A DNA stretch of 64,000 nucleotides, taken from positions 186,001 through 250,000 of IMG/VR virus record IMGVR_UViG_3300027816_000051; one strand, given 5' to 3'. A model generated the notes under the pieces. That model did not search any database. It had not been told where the DNA came from and saw only the letters and a list, made by a program, of their open reading frames with translations. Shown here piece by piece: positions 1-10,666 of the stretch (position 1 is the first letter of the stretch; the number at the start of each line of letters is the position of its first letter). Position numbers and translations under genes: made by a program.

Positions 1-1
1 A

Positions 2-466
2 TTTTTAAAGACCGCAGTATATGACGCGTTTCGTTTAGCAACAAATAAGTACACTGCTGATGAACTAATCTCGAATAGGGCGGTGTTTGAAGTTGAGGTT
101 CGTAAACTATTGGAAAGTCAACTTTTAAAAGAAGGGTTTGTGATAAACCAATTCACCTCAAATTTGATTTACCCTGAGACATTTAAGAAGTCCATTGAAG
201 CCAAGAACAATGCGGTCCAAGCAGCGTTAAGGGCGGAAAATGAGGTAAAAACTGCGGAAGCTCAAGCCAAGATTAAAATTGCAACCGCCAATGGTAATGC
301 TCAAGCAATGTTGACCGCGGCTAAAGCGGAATCCGAAGCCAATCGGATGAAACAACAAACAATTACACCTTTACTCCTACAACTTGAATGGATTAATAAA
401 TGGAATGGGAAGTTACCCGAAACCATGTTAGGTGACAAAAATAATACGATGATAGGTATTAAATAA
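2..466 (+). CDS. SPFH/band-7/prohibitin family protein, C-terminal part (5' end outside window)
   Basis: Frame is open from the window start; Ala/Glu-rich coiled coil (AEAQAKIKIATANGNAQA) ending in KWNGKLP, typical of SPFH proteins. Confidence 0.8.
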   Translation, partial: FLKTAVYDAFRLATNKYTADELISNRAVFEVEVRKLLESQLLKEGFVINQFTSNLIYPETFKKSIEAKNNAVQAALRAENEVKTAEAQAKIKIATANGNAQAMLTAAKAESEANRMKQQTITPLLLQLEWINKWNGKLPETMLGDKNNTMIGIK

Positions 467-470
467 AAAG

Positions 471-494
471 AACCCCTCGAAAGAGGGGTTTTTT
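471..494 (+). terminator. Intrinsic terminator
   Basis: aacccctc-gaaa-gaggggtt hairpin followed by a T-tract. Confidence 0.85.
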
Positions 495-527
495 GTTTAC
501 ATACGATATTTATAGATAAAAGAAAAA

Positions 528-761
528 ATGAAAAAAGTAGTTAAATTATCAATCAAAGATTTAGAAAATATTGTAAAAAGAACAATCAACGAAGCTGAGT
601 TTGATGATTTCGATACTCAAGCACAGCCCGAGGAATTACCAGGTGCTCAGGAGTACGAAGATGAACAAGAATTAAAAAGAACTGTGGCTATTGGTAAAGG
701 TGACGATGGAAAAATATACGTAACTGATGTTGAAACCGGTGAAATAATTGCAACCAAGTAA
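528..761 (+). CDS. Small acidic protein with putative capsid-targeting leader
   Basis: N-terminus MKKVVKLSIKDLENIVKRTINE matches the leader family at 50-64 kb; TATTTATA upstream. Confidence 0.6.
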   Translation: MKKVVKLSIKDLENIVKRTINEAEFDDFDTQAQPEELPGAQEYEDEQELKRTVAIGKGDDGKIYVTDVETGEIIATK

Positions 762-762
762 A

Positions 763-1263
763 TTATTGGTCCTTAACTTTTTTCTTCAAGTTCCTTATCA
801 TCCCAATTAATTTCTCATCCCTTTTATTATTAATAATAGTGGTGGTGTTAGATGATTCAGGAAGCATCGCCATCACTCTTACGGAACTATCATCATTAAT
901 ATTATAGGTTTTACGAGACATTGAGTTTACTACTCTTGTCTCGTTTTTCATTTTATTGGTATAGTTTTCAATATCACTTATAATAGTTAATATCTCATTT
1001 TCCCTTTTAACCATTTCATTGGTACACTCTCTTTGATTTTCTATTACTTGGTTGTTTAACTCATCAATTCTATTGTTTAGTTGTACAATCTGATTGTTTT
1101 GGGATTCTATCCTTAATTTCAGTTCTTCGTCATTATATGTTAAAGACTCAGTGATTTTGGGTCCAACCGAGATAATTATAATTGAAAATAACAAAATTGA
1201 CAGAGCAACAATTCTTTGTCTCTGTGTGAATTTTGATAATATTTCAGATATATACTTAAACAT
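763..1263 (-). CDS. Membrane-anchored coiled-coil protein
   Basis: One N-terminal hydrophobic helix followed by a heptad-like N/Q/E-rich region. Confidence 0.6.
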   Translation of the reverse strand: MFKYISEILSKFTQRQRIVALSILLFSIIIISVGPKITESLTYNDEELKLRIESQNNQIVQLNNRIDELNNQVIENQRECTNEMVKRENEILTIISDIENYTNKMKNETRVVNSMSRKTYNINDDSSVRVMAMLPESSNTTTIINNKRDEKLIGMIRNLKKKVKDQ

Positions 1264-1289
1264 ATAATAATAAATATTTCATAATTAAA

Positions 1290-1628
1290 ATGGCAAACAA
1301 AAAAGGATTAAATACTCGAGTAATTACTGTTTTTCATCCAGACACTGACGAGGAATTTGAATTATTCGTAACCTATGAATACATAAATAAAGATGATTCA
1401 GATGAAGATGATAATTTATTTATGGATAACAATGAGGTTGATATTAAATCATATGAACCAAACAACGAAGTTGATGAATTACCAACTTGGTTAACAGAAG
1501 ATATGGTCTACGAGGCCTTGTACGCTGAATTGGAGATAGATGAATTCGAGGGGGAAGAACTCACAGAAGAAGAGGAAGACACCTACTACAATGATTTTGT
1601 TGAGGATTCTGACAATGATGATTATTAA
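1290..1628 (+). CDS. Highly acidic hypothetical protein
   Basis: 112-aa ORF very rich in D/E. Confidence 0.6.
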   Translation: MANKKGLNTRVITVFHPDTDEEFELFVTYEYINKDDSDEDDNLFMDNNEVDIKSYEPNNEVDELPTWLTEDMVYEALYAELEIDEFEGEELTEEEEDTYYNDFVEDSDNDDY

Positions 1629-1692
1629 AATTACTCTTTAAAATTTTTTATTTTAAAAATTTATTCTTATACTTGTCATAGAAGTATTTCAA

Positions 1693-2172
1693 ATGACAAA
1701 GTATACTATTTTTTGTGATTTAGATGGGGTCTTAATAGATTTCAACCAAGGTTATAAAGACCTTACTGGTATTGATTTGAACAAAGACGAACATCGTAAC
1801 GACTCACAATTTTGGGCACCAATAGAAAAGGCGGGATATGATTTTTGGGTCAATTTGAAATGGATTGAACCTGACGGTCACATTTTGTGGGAACACATTT
1901 CCAAGTATAATCCAACCCTTTTATCTGCACCATCAAGACAAGTTGAATCCCGTATTGGGAAAATGGAATGGGTAAACAGGGAGTTACCCGGTGTTGCTTT
2001 AATATTAAGAAGTGCTAAACATAAAAAAGATTTCGCGGCTCCATACACAATATTAATCGACGATAGGAAAGATACTATAGACGGTTGGAATGAAAACGGT
2101 GGTGAAGGTATTCTTCATACTTCCGCGGAAGAAACAATCAAAATATTAAAAGAAAAATATAATTTACACTAA
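1693..2172 (+). CDS. HAD-superfamily phosphatase, 5'(3')-deoxyribonucleotidase-like
   Basis: Motif I FCDLDGVL, LSAP, conserved K, motif IV LIDDR. Confidence 0.8.
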   Translation: MTKYTIFCDLDGVLIDFNQGYKDLTGIDLNKDEHRNDSQFWAPIEKAGYDFWVNLKWIEPDGHILWEHISKYNPTLLSAPSRQVESRIGKMEWVNRELPGVALILRSAKHKKDFAAPYTILIDDRKDTIDGWNENGGEGILHTSAEETIKILKEKYNLH

Positions 2173-2363
2173 TGGCAGAAAATAGTTCGTCATCAGGAGG
2201 AGTGGGATTCTTCGGTCTGATGTTTTTAATTTTTATGACACTTAAACTTACTGGTGTTATTGATTGGTCGTGGTGGTGGGTGACCGCACCACTATGGGGT
2301 GGGTTTGCCCTCATCTTTATTGTCATCATGATTGTTGTAGTTGTAAAAGCACTTGACCGATGA
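2172..2363 (+). CDS. Small two-TM membrane protein
   Basis: LKLTGVIDWSWWWVTAPLW between two hydrophobic helices. Confidence 0.7.
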   Translation: MAENSSSSGGVGFFGLMFLIFMTLKLTGVIDWSWWWVTAPLWGGFALIFIVIMIVVVVKALDR

Positions 2364-3028
2364 TATATGTATCAATAGACATTGAGACTTCAGGTCTCGA
2401 ACCGTTAAACAATAGTGTGTTGTCTTTTGGTGCTATCATAGAAGACACCACTAATAAATTACCATACGAGAAATTACCAAAGTTTAACGCCATCGTACTT
2501 CAAAACCAAATTACCGGTTCACCGAGAGCGATTTCCATGAACAAAGAAATCATATCATTAATTGGTGAATATAAAGAAGGTAACGAAGAGGATAGGGCAA
2601 ACTTGGAACATCATAGTGATTATGTATTTTTGGAAGAAAATGAACTGGCACAAAAATTCTATGACTTTTTATTCTTAAATGGTATCTACCCAAATTCATC
2701 ATTTCTAAATAATCATGTTAGAAATGTCAATGGAACAATGATACCGGCTTTTAACAATCACACACCATCACTTACAATTAATGTTGCCGGTAAAAATTTT
2801 GGAACCTTTGATAAATTGTTCTTGGAAGAATTACCGTGGTGGAAAAAACTCATAAAAATCAGACAAAGAATTATTGACCCTTCCGTTTTGTATTGTATAT
2901 GGGATGAGGATAACGCAATTCCAAGTCTTAAAAAATGTAAAGAACGTGCTGGAATTGACGGAGAAGTCGCTCACACCGCTCTTGAGGACGCTTGGGACGT
3001 GGTTCAAATGTTACGTAAATTTTATTAA
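2360..3028 (+). CDS. DEDDh 3'-5' exonuclease (DnaQ-like)
   Basis: ExoI SIDIETSG, ExoII NFGTFD, ExoIII HTALEDA. Confidence 0.85.
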   Translation: MIYVSIDIETSGLEPLNNSVLSFGAIIEDTTNKLPYEKLPKFNAIVLQNQITGSPRAISMNKEIISLIGEYKEGNEEDRANLEHHSDYVFLEENELAQKFYDFLFLNGIYPNSSFLNNHVRNVNGTMIPAFNNHTPSLTINVAGKNFGTFDKLFLEELPWWKKLIKIRQRIIDPSVLYCIWDEDNAIPSLKKCKERAGIDGEVAHTALEDAWDVVQMLRKFY

Positions 3029-3047
3029 TAAACTAAATTAAAACAAT

Positions 3048-4088
3048 ATGTCACGAATCAAAGAACTAAAACAAAATCCTGACAACAACATAAATATGGT
3101 TGATGTCTTTCAAATCTTTTGCCCTGAGGGTAAATCTAAGTACATCGAATTTTTAATTCGACTTTCAAAAAACACGAAACATTTAGACATGTACGTCAAT
3201 GAAGTTCGTGAGAATCTAAAAAGAGAATTTGGAATTACAGATGACCACTTTAAAGGAATGACCCCATTTCAAATTTTTAGCTCTTACAGATTTTTGGAAC
3301 AGAGTTTTAATTTTTCAGATTTAAAAACATTCCAAAAATTTTGTGATTACAATGAAAGAGGATTGATTCAAGATAATGACTTATCTAAATTTAAATCTTT
3401 TGACGATGTAATGACGGCGACTAGTCTCGCTGAGATTAAAGCTTTCGAGAAAGATTTGGAAAAACAAATTCACACATTGTTCACTTCAGATGAGTGGATT
3501 GTTTTAAGACCTTTAACGTTTTACGCCTCAAAGAAATATGGGTCATCAACAAAATGGTGTACGTCGTCTGAGAATAACCCGGATTATTTCCTAAGATACT
3601 CCAAAAGAGGTATCCTTATTTATGTGATTAATAAATTAACAGGATTAAAAGTTGGTTGCTTTAAATCACTCGACTCAGACCCTGAATTTTCTTTTTGGAA
3701 TCAAATTGATTCTCGTATCGATTCATTAGAAAGTGGTTTACCTGATTTTATATTGGGTGTCATTAAAAATGAAGTTAGTGAAAACCCAGTAACCAACAAC
3801 TCTTTGTTGACTGAAGAAGATAGAATCAAAGAGGATGTGTTACTGAAAGAGTTTACCAAAATGGAGGTACTACCAGAACCAACGGATATGGAATCCCCAA
3901 TGGGTGAAGCTGATATGGATATGAGAAATGTGGATATAAGAGAAGAGAGAGAATGGGTAGTTGAACGTGATGTTGAAGCGGTTGTGGAAGAAAGGGCGTA
4001 CGAGACAAGTGGAATGATGTCGGAAGGACCGAGAGAAATCTTACGAGGAACCTATGACAATGAAAATGCCACCTTGAGGAGAATTTAA
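3048..4088 (+). CDS. Conserved phage protein (YGxxTKWC motif) with acidic tail
   Basis: ASKKYGSSTKWCTS motif; 346-aa ORF. Confidence 0.55.
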   Translation: MSRIKELKQNPDNNINMVDVFQIFCPEGKSKYIEFLIRLSKNTKHLDMYVNEVRENLKREFGITDDHFKGMTPFQIFSSYRFLEQSFNFSDLKTFQKFCDYNERGLIQDNDLSKFKSFDDVMTATSLAEIKAFEKDLEKQIHTLFTSDEWIVLRPLTFYASKKYGSSTKWCTSSENNPDYFLRYSKRGILIYVINKLTGLKVGCFKSLDSDPEFSFWNQIDSRIDSLESGLPDFILGVIKNEVSENPVTNNSLLTEEDRIKEDVLLKEFTKMEVLPEPTDMESPMGEADMDMRNVDIREEREWVVERDVEAVVEERAYETSGMMSEGPREILRGTYDNENATLRRI

Positions 4089-4148
4089 TTACAATCAAAT
4101 CTAAATTTGTAAGGAGGGATTTCGGTCCCTCTTTTTTTTGAAAAAAAA

Positions 4149-4180
4149 TTTGGATATCTCAAATACTAGTAATATATTTG
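4149..4180 (+). promoter_or_regulatory. Bacteroidota primary-sigma promoter
   Basis: TTTG-N20-TATATTTG matches the -33/-7 consensus. Confidence 0.8.
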
Positions 4181-4197
4181 TATGTAAATCATAAAAA

Positions 4198-4665
4198 ATG
4201 AAAAAATTCTTAATGATATTTTGTATGCTGTTGATGAACAACACATGGGCACAAGGGTTAAGAGTACCCCAAAGAATATTCAATTATGGATTATCTTATG
4301 GTCCTAGAGGTAATTCATCATATTATTCCGCGGGTTACGAATTCTCCAAAGAAAAAACAAATGCCTTTATTGGAATTGGTTATGGTAAATTGATGGCCGA
4401 ATTAAATTTATTTAACCCCAATACTTTAACAATCAATGGTAGACCTGAAGAAATTTATGTTGTTTTAAATTACGTTTACACAAATAAAGATTATAAATGG
4501 TTAATTTTAACAGGTGGGGCGGGTTTATCTGTTGATGGTGGTAATCAAATTATATTGAAGACCGCTGCAAATTTGAAATTATCATATCCCTTGTACTTAA
4601 CTTTAAGTTTTTATCAAACCGATAAACCTCAGTTTATGATTGGGGGTAGGTTGTTTATTTTTTGA
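4198..4665 (+). CDS. Secreted protein, outer-membrane beta-barrel-like
   Basis: Signal peptide, alternating aromatic/Gly beta-strands, C-terminal Phe. Confidence 0.55.
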   Translation: MKKFLMIFCMLLMNNTWAQGLRVPQRIFNYGLSYGPRGNSSYYSAGYEFSKEKTNAFIGIGYGKLMAELNLFNPNTLTINGRPEEIYVVLNYVYTNKDYKWLILTGGAGLSVDGGNQIILKTAANLKLSYPLYLTLSFYQTDKPQFMIGGRLFIF

Positions 4666-4667
4666 TT

Positions 4668-5042
4668 ATGAAAATAGCACTCATAGCACACGACGGTAAG
4701 AAGGCGGACATGGTTGCCTTTGTAATGAAACGATTAGATTTTTTTAATCGAACCGATGTTGATATTGTTGCAACGGGTACGACAGGTAAAAGAATAATGT
4801 TTGCTGGTGTTACAAAGGTTGAACAAGTCAATTCAGGACCAATGGGTGGAGACGCGGAAATTGCTGCAATGGTCTCGAGAAAAGAAATCGATGCGGTTAT
4901 ATTTTTTAGGGACCCATTGGATAAACACCCGCACGAACCTGATGTACAAATGTTAATGAGGGTTTGTGATGTGCACGAAGTGGCATTAGCTACAAACTAC
5001 TCAAGTGCAAGAATGGTCGTGGACCATTTTACGAAAAGTTAA
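4668..5042 (+). CDS. mgsA: Methylglyoxal synthase
   Basis: IALIAHDGKK, ATGTTG, SGPMGGDAEI, FFRDPL, HEPDV, ATN: the hallmark MGS motifs. Confidence 0.93.
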   Translation: MKIALIAHDGKKADMVAFVMKRLDFFNRTDVDIVATGTTGKRIMFAGVTKVEQVNSGPMGGDAEIAAMVSRKEIDAVIFFRDPLDKHPHEPDVQMLMRVCDVHEVALATNYSSARMVVDHFTKS

Positions 5043-5083
5043 ATTTTGGAACAATAATTGTCTAACACTCAAACACTAAAATT

Positions 5084-5650
5084 ATGTTTTACAAATATGA
5101 TAACTCTCTACTCCTTTGGAAAAAGGATTGGAAAAAAGTAAAAATCGCGTTGTCGGTTGTAATTGTTTTGGTAATCTCTTCATTTATTTTAGGTCGTTTT
5201 ATACGGTTTAAAAGTTTGGACAGTTACGAAAAAGAATTAATCGTAATTTCATTAGAAAAAGAAAAAAATAAATTTTCAGAGGATAAGTTTGTATCAGAAC
5301 TAAAAAGATTAAACGTTAAATTTCCACATATTGTTATGGCTCAAGCCATTGCTGAGACGGGACATTACAAAAGTCAAGTTTTCAAGGAAAATAATAATCT
5401 GTTTGGTATGAAACAGGCGACAGTTAGAATCAACACCGCCAAAGGAACTCAAAACGGTCACGCGTTTTATGATAACTGGTACCAATCTGTTTATGATTAT
5501 GCGTTTTACCAATGCCGATACCTTGGTCAGATTAATACTGAAAATGAATACTATTTGTATTTATCAAATACCTACGCCGAAGCGGGTGAAGGGTATGTTA
5601 AATTATTGAAAGACATAATTCAAACTGAAAAATTAAAAGAAAAATTTTAA
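5084..5650 (+). CDS. GH73 glucosaminidase/muramidase with N-terminal membrane anchor
   Basis: AQAIAETG catalytic Glu, NNLFGMK, YA motif; TM segment near the N-terminus. Confidence 0.85.
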   Translation: MFYKYDNSLLLWKKDWKKVKIALSVVIVLVISSFILGRFIRFKSLDSYEKELIVISLEKEKNKFSEDKFVSELKRLNVKFPHIVMAQAIAETGHYKSQVFKENNNLFGMKQATVRINTAKGTQNGHAFYDNWYQSVYDYAFYQCRYLGQINTENEYYLYLSNTYAEAGEGYVKLLKDIIQTEKLKEKF

Positions 5651-5652
5651 TC

Positions 5653-6009
5653 ATGGATATAAAACAAGTCAGGATTCTTTTGGCGTTTATAACGGTCATA
5701 ATTTTCACTGGTATTCTTCATTTTAATAAAGAAAAGATACATAACTATATTACAGATGAAAATATAGTTGAGGAAGAAATAAGTGAGGAAGTTATACCAA
5801 GGAGCGAAAAAGAGTGGTATCCTGTACCGGTAGTATCCTGTGAAGAAATATTCCAAAATCAATATCATATAACATTTGAAAATGGTGTCACAATACTAAC
5901 CAATAAACCCGCCAAAATTGGTGATACCACAAAATGTTGGATAAATGGGTGGTATAATTCCAAAATAGATGAGTCCTTAGACTCGTTGACATTTGAAAAT
6001 CCATATTAA
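5653..6009 (+). CDS. Hypothetical membrane-anchored protein
   Basis: N-terminal TM; hairpin terminator follows at about 6014-6037. Confidence 0.55.
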   Translation: MDIKQVRILLAFITVIIFTGILHFNKEKIHNYITDENIVEEEISEEVIPRSEKEWYPVPVVSCEEIFQNQYHITFENGVTILTNKPAKIGDTTKCWINGWYNSKIDESLDSLTFENPY

Positions 6010-6109
6010 TTTAATCCCCGAAAGGGGATTTTTTTTTATTAATTTTTGGAAATACGATTTCTTTTTATTATATTTTGTTAGTGGTAAGTACAGACTAACT
6101 TAGAATATA

Positions 6110-7219
6110 ATGAAAGTAAATATATCGAATGCAACCTTCTCTTCGATAGTAGGGATTGGTCAGAAAGTTAAAAGGGCGGCAAAAGAATCAGGTAATTCAT
6201 ATCTCGAATTAAATAGAGGTGTAAACGCTGTTACGGAAATCGATTTGACGGGAGTTATGAAACAAATTGATTTTAACTCAAAAGAGTTTCAAGTATATGC
6301 ACCTAACTTGGGTATTGAAACATTTAGACATTCTATCGTTTCAGAATATTTTCCTTCATTTGCAAATTCACCTAATTTCATCAATAATATTGCAATCACA
6401 CCAGGTGGTATGCCTGCGTTAGATTTGGTTATCCAATTATTAAATGTAGAAAATATTTATTTCCCAAAATTTTATTGGGGTTCTTATTCTAAAATGGCAA
6501 CAATTAGACAAAAGTCTTTTTCATTTTATGAATCATTAGAATCTTTAGAAGCATCCAATTTTAGTGAATCATCTTGTATTTTTATTTGTGACCCAAATAA
6601 TCCTACAGGTGTAAAAATAGATGACAACATTCTTTTCAGAAAGATTTATGAGATATCGATGACAGGTGCGATTATAATATTTGATTCACCATACCGTAAG
6701 TTATTTTATGAAGATGATTTCTTTGATAAAGTTGCCCATCTTGATAATGTTATTATCACCGAATCTTTTTCAAAATGGGTAGGTTTATCGGGTTTAAGAA
6801 TGGGTTTCATTTTTTGTAAGGACAAGGATTTTAATTCAGAATTAAACATTCGTTTACTTTATGAATTCAATGCCGTATGTTCCCCATCTCAAATGATTAT
6901 TGAGAAAGTTTTAACCACACCCGAAGGAAGAAGTTCATTAGAACAATTTAAAAATATAACAACTAATAATATCTTTAAGAATGTAAATTACCTAAAAGAG
7001 AAAAACCTACTGGTTGAAGAAATTTACCAAGGTGGTCAACCATTAGGTATCTTCGCGGTTATAAATAAATCGGAAGATTACTTATTTCAACATAGAATCG
7101 GTGCTGTTGGTCTTGATAAGTTTGTTTATCACGATAAGGACTTATGGTCATCATATTCTAGAATCTGCGTGTCAGTTGAGCACGAATTATTTAAAAAATA
7201 TTTACTAAACATAAAATAA
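6110..7219 (+). CDS. PLP-dependent aminotransferase class I/II
   Basis: DPNNPTG, FDSPY, SFSKWVGLSGLRMG (PLP lysine), C-terminal Arg. Confidence 0.88.
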   Translation: MKVNISNATFSSIVGIGQKVKRAAKESGNSYLELNRGVNAVTEIDLTGVMKQIDFNSKEFQVYAPNLGIETFRHSIVSEYFPSFANSPNFINNIAITPGGMPALDLVIQLLNVENIYFPKFYWGSYSKMATIRQKSFSFYESLESLEASNFSESSCIFICDPNNPTGVKIDDNILFRKIYEISMTGAIIIFDSPYRKLFYEDDFFDKVAHLDNVIITESFSKWVGLSGLRMGFIFCKDKDFNSELNIRLLYEFNAVCSPSQMIIEKVLTTPEGRSSLEQFKNITTNNIFKNVNYLKEKNLLVEEIYQGGQPLGIFAVINKSEDYLFQHRIGAVGLDKFVYHDKDLWSSYSRICVSVEHELFKKYLLNIK

Positions 7220-7225
7220 ATAAAA

Positions 7226-7444
7226 ATGCAAACATTAATTTTTAACACAACAACAAAAGAAGTTAAGCTTTACGAAGGTCCAAAAGAATCTTCAAAATTA
7301 TTAGAAATGATTACAGATGCACCAACTGTTAGAATAAGTGACAGTGGTTACTATGAAGTCATGAAGAAATTGGATGGAGATGAAAAAAATATTCCTGTTT
7401 TAAGAGTACCAATTTCAAATACAAACATGTTTATCGAAAAGTAA
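7226..7444 (+). CDS. Hypothetical protein
   Basis: Tightly packed in an operon, A-rich start. Confidence 0.6.
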   Translation: MQTLIFNTTTKEVKLYEGPKESSKLLEMITDAPTVRISDSGYYEVMKKLDGDEKNIPVLRVPISNTNMFIEK

Positions 7445-7445
7445 T

Positions 7446-9359
7446 ATGTCTAAATTTACACCCAGCAAATATCAAAAAGATATTTTCAATTTTATTTTAA
7501 AAGATACTCGAAACGCAGTAGTTTCTGCTGTTGCTGGTAGTGGTAAAACGACGACACTATTAAAAGCTTTGGACTTAATACCTGATGATAAATCAGTATT
7601 GTTTTTGGCATTCAATGTTAGTATACGAGATGAATTAAAAAGAAGGATTCCCGAAAATAAGAACATTGATGTCAAAACGGTCCATGGTTTCGGTTACACA
7701 ATCATGAGGAATAACTATGATTGTGGTGTTGACGAAAAAAGTTTAAAGTATCGAAATCTTTTTTGGGACATCATTAATTTTTACAGTGGTGAAAAACCCG
7801 ATAGTTTAGACAAATACGGATTCAACGAAGAACAAAACAAGTACATTCAAGGCATCCATGATTCTGTTCAAGGTGAGAATATTGACAGGTATAAATTTGT
7901 TACCGATGTTGTAACTCTGTGTAATTTATCGAGACAACATTTAGTAAATTTTGATATCAAACCAATTGGTGTTGGTGAGATAAATAAAATTGCAGAGTTT
8001 CATTCTGTGAACAATCAAGATGGTGAATCCACTGCCGCATGGTATCTGTCTAAATTGGGTATGTCTTATCTAAAGGTTCTCGATTATACCGACATGATTT
8101 CTTTACCAATCATTTTGAACCATTCGGGAGATAATTACGATTTTGTTTTTATAGACGAATGTCAAGATTTGAATTCTTGTCACCGTTTATTGATGCAAAA
8201 AGCAATGAAACCTGATGGTGGTAGATTCATTGCTGTAGGTGACCCTAAACAAGCGATATATGGTTTTGCAGGTGCTGACCATGAGTCATATCAAAAATTG
8301 AAAGAACTACCAAACACGGTTGAATTACCATTGTCTTTTACATATAGAGTCTCGCCTGAGATTTTAAATTTGGTTCGACACATAAATCCAGCAATCATTG
8401 CTCATTCTAAAAATAGGTCAGGTAGAGTAATTGAAAACTTCTCCTATAAAGATATTATGGATGGGGACATGGTTTTGTGTAGAAATACATTTCCGGTTGT
8501 CTCATTGTGTATCAAATTATTAAGTGAAGGTAAAAAATCTTATATAATTGGTTCTGATATTGGTAAGTCTTTGAAAACCATGATACTTTCTTGCAACAAG
8601 AAGAATGAAGAATATAACATGACAAACGTAATATGTTGTCTTCTTAAGGACAAAGAAAAGTTGATTGAAAAAACAATGACAAATCACACAATGAAAAGAA
8701 GTGAAGCGTTAGAGGATAACCAAGTAATTCTATTTGGTGAAAAGATACAAGTAATAGAAGCGTTATCCCACGGGATAGATGACCCCGCAATTGTTGTAAA
8801 GAAAATCGATGATATCTTTTCAGATGATAAAAAAAGTGGAATATGCTTGAGTAACGTACATAAATCTAAAGGTCTTGAATCAGAAAGGGTTTTTATTATC
8901 CACCCAGAATTATTTCCATCGAAATTTGCAACCTTACCATGGCAAATTGAACAAGAAAAAAATTTAGAATACGTTGCTTACACAAGAGCCAAAACCACTT
9001 TAGGATTTGTAACCGACTTTGATGCATTTGTTAACCACAAATCAAGGGACATTGACGAATCCAAATTAAAGGTGAGTAAATTTGTCGGTAGTCCTGGTAT
9101 GAAAATTTATTTTGAACTAACTGTTACCGATATTAGAACCGTGAATGGTCTTTATGGGCCAACAACTGTCTATGATTTGGTTGACAAAAATGGTAACATA
9201 TTTTCTAAATTTGGTGAAATTAATACTGAATACCTAACAACTAATTTACATAAGAGCGTTTCAATTAATTCAAAGGTGTCTTTTTACGGCATAATAAAGG
9301 AACACTCAGAATTTAGGGGAAACAAGGTTACTAAATTGGGTAAGATATCTCAGTACTAA
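7446..9359 (+). CDS. UvrD/Rep superfamily-1 helicase with C-terminal extension
   Basis: AVAGSGKTT, FIDECQD, VGDPKQAIYGFAGA, VHKSKGLE, YVAYTRAK. Confidence 0.92.
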   Translation: MSKFTPSKYQKDIFNFILKDTRNAVVSAVAGSGKTTTLLKALDLIPDDKSVLFLAFNVSIRDELKRRIPENKNIDVKTVHGFGYTIMRNNYDCGVDEKSLKYRNLFWDIINFYSGEKPDSLDKYGFNEEQNKYIQGIHDSVQGENIDRYKFVTDVVTLCNLSRQHLVNFDIKPIGVGEINKIAEFHSVNNQDGESTAAWYLSKLGMSYLKVLDYTDMISLPIILNHSGDNYDFVFIDECQDLNSCHRLLMQKAMKPDGGRFIAVGDPKQAIYGFAGADHESYQKLKELPNTVELPLSFTYRVSPEILNLVRHINPAIIAHSKNRSGRVIENFSYKDIMDGDMVLCRNTFPVVSLCIKLLSEGKKSYIIGSDIGKSLKTMILSCNKKNEEYNMTNVICCLLKDKEKLIEKTMTNHTMKRSEALEDNQVILFGEKIQVIEALSHGIDDPAIVVKKIDDIFSDDKKSGICLSNVHKSKGLESERVFIIHPELFPSKFATLPWQIEQEKNLEYVAYTRAKTTLGFVTDFDAFVNHKSRDIDESKLKVSKFVGSPGMKIYFELTVTDIRTVNGLYGPTTVYDLVDKNGNIFSKFGEINTEYLTTNLHKSVSINSKVSFYGIIKEHSEFRGNKVTKLGKISQY

Positions 9360-9395
9360 ATTGACATTTTAAAAATTATTAATTATATTTGAATC

Positions 9396-9881
9396 ATGGG
9401 ATGTGATATTCATGTGTATTTGGAAAAATACACTTCAGTAAATGGTGAAAATAAATGGGTCAATGTTGACCATTGGCAAATAAATCCACATTTTGGAATG
9501 AACGATTCCGAAAGGGAGTACGACCACGTTGCTTTTTATTGGGGAAGAAATTATGATTTATTCTCAATTCTTGCGGAGGTCAGAGGTTCAATGGACCCGA
9601 TTGCGGACCCAAGGGGTTTACCTGAGGATGTGACTGAGACAACAAGAAAGGAATATGAAAGAGGTGATATGGTCCATACAGCTTCTTACTACACCTTAAA
9701 AGAACTCAAAGATTATCTGTACAATAATTCAGATAATGAAGAAATCGTTGAGAACTTAAAATATTTTGTTGACTCTATGGACAATAGGTTTAAAGAAGAA
9801 TTTTGGATAACAAATGATGACCAAAAGAGGTATACGATTAAAGAGAATGGTTTTAGAGTTGTCTTTTGGTTTGACAACTAA
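9396..9881 (+). CDS. Conserved phage hypothetical protein (MGCDIH...FWFDN family)
   Basis: MGCDIH start, RNYDLFSILAEVR, PRGLPED, VFWFDN end. Confidence 0.7.
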   Translation: MGCDIHVYLEKYTSVNGENKWVNVDHWQINPHFGMNDSEREYDHVAFYWGRNYDLFSILAEVRGSMDPIADPRGLPEDVTETTRKEYERGDMVHTASYYTLKELKDYLYNNSDNEEIVENLKYFVDSMDNRFKEEFWITNDDQKRYTIKENGFRVVFWFDN

Positions 9882-10666
9882 TTCTAATAATGATAACAAC
9901 AACCACAAAAGATTATTATGAATGTGTGAGATGTGGTATTAACACCTCATTCGAATATAGAATTTGTCCATGTAACAGAAAACCATGTGATGCGATAAAA
10001 AAAGGAATTATTACAATCACAAAAAATATTACACTGGATGATGATAATTTTAAAGCCGACGGTAGGGACAGGAATGATGATATAGGACAAATGTTGGCAT
10101 CATGGAATGTTTAAAATATGGAAGAAAAATTATATAGTGCAGCAAAAGACTTCGTAAAGAGGTATGGACAAGATGATGTTAGTGAACACATCATCAACAT
10201 CATTGTATCGGTAATGAGAACAAGAGATGGGGTTGGACCCATTGGGGGTAGTTTCGTTCAATCTGTTGTGAATAACGATTTGTGTGGTGCGGTAGTTAGG
10301 GCCGACAATGAATGTTTAAAACACATCAAGTTAATCGCTCTTTCAAGAAACAATTGTTTCTGTGAAGATTAATTTTGTTTTATCAAAAAAATCATTTATA
10401 TTTAGAATATGAAAAATCTAACATTTGTAATTTTTTTGGGTCTAATATTAATGTCTTGCAAGTACAAGACACAATATACTGACACTAAAATCCCATGTAT
10501 TGTTGATTCTGTTGAATATCATGGAATTGGTTGTGACAATACTTTACAAACAACTCCATATTGGAAATTGTATCTAAAAAACCCCGAAATGAAAATAACA
10601 TCGTACAGGTCATATGAAAAAGGTGATACTGTGTATGTAATCGAAAGAAAAATAAAAAAATAAAAT

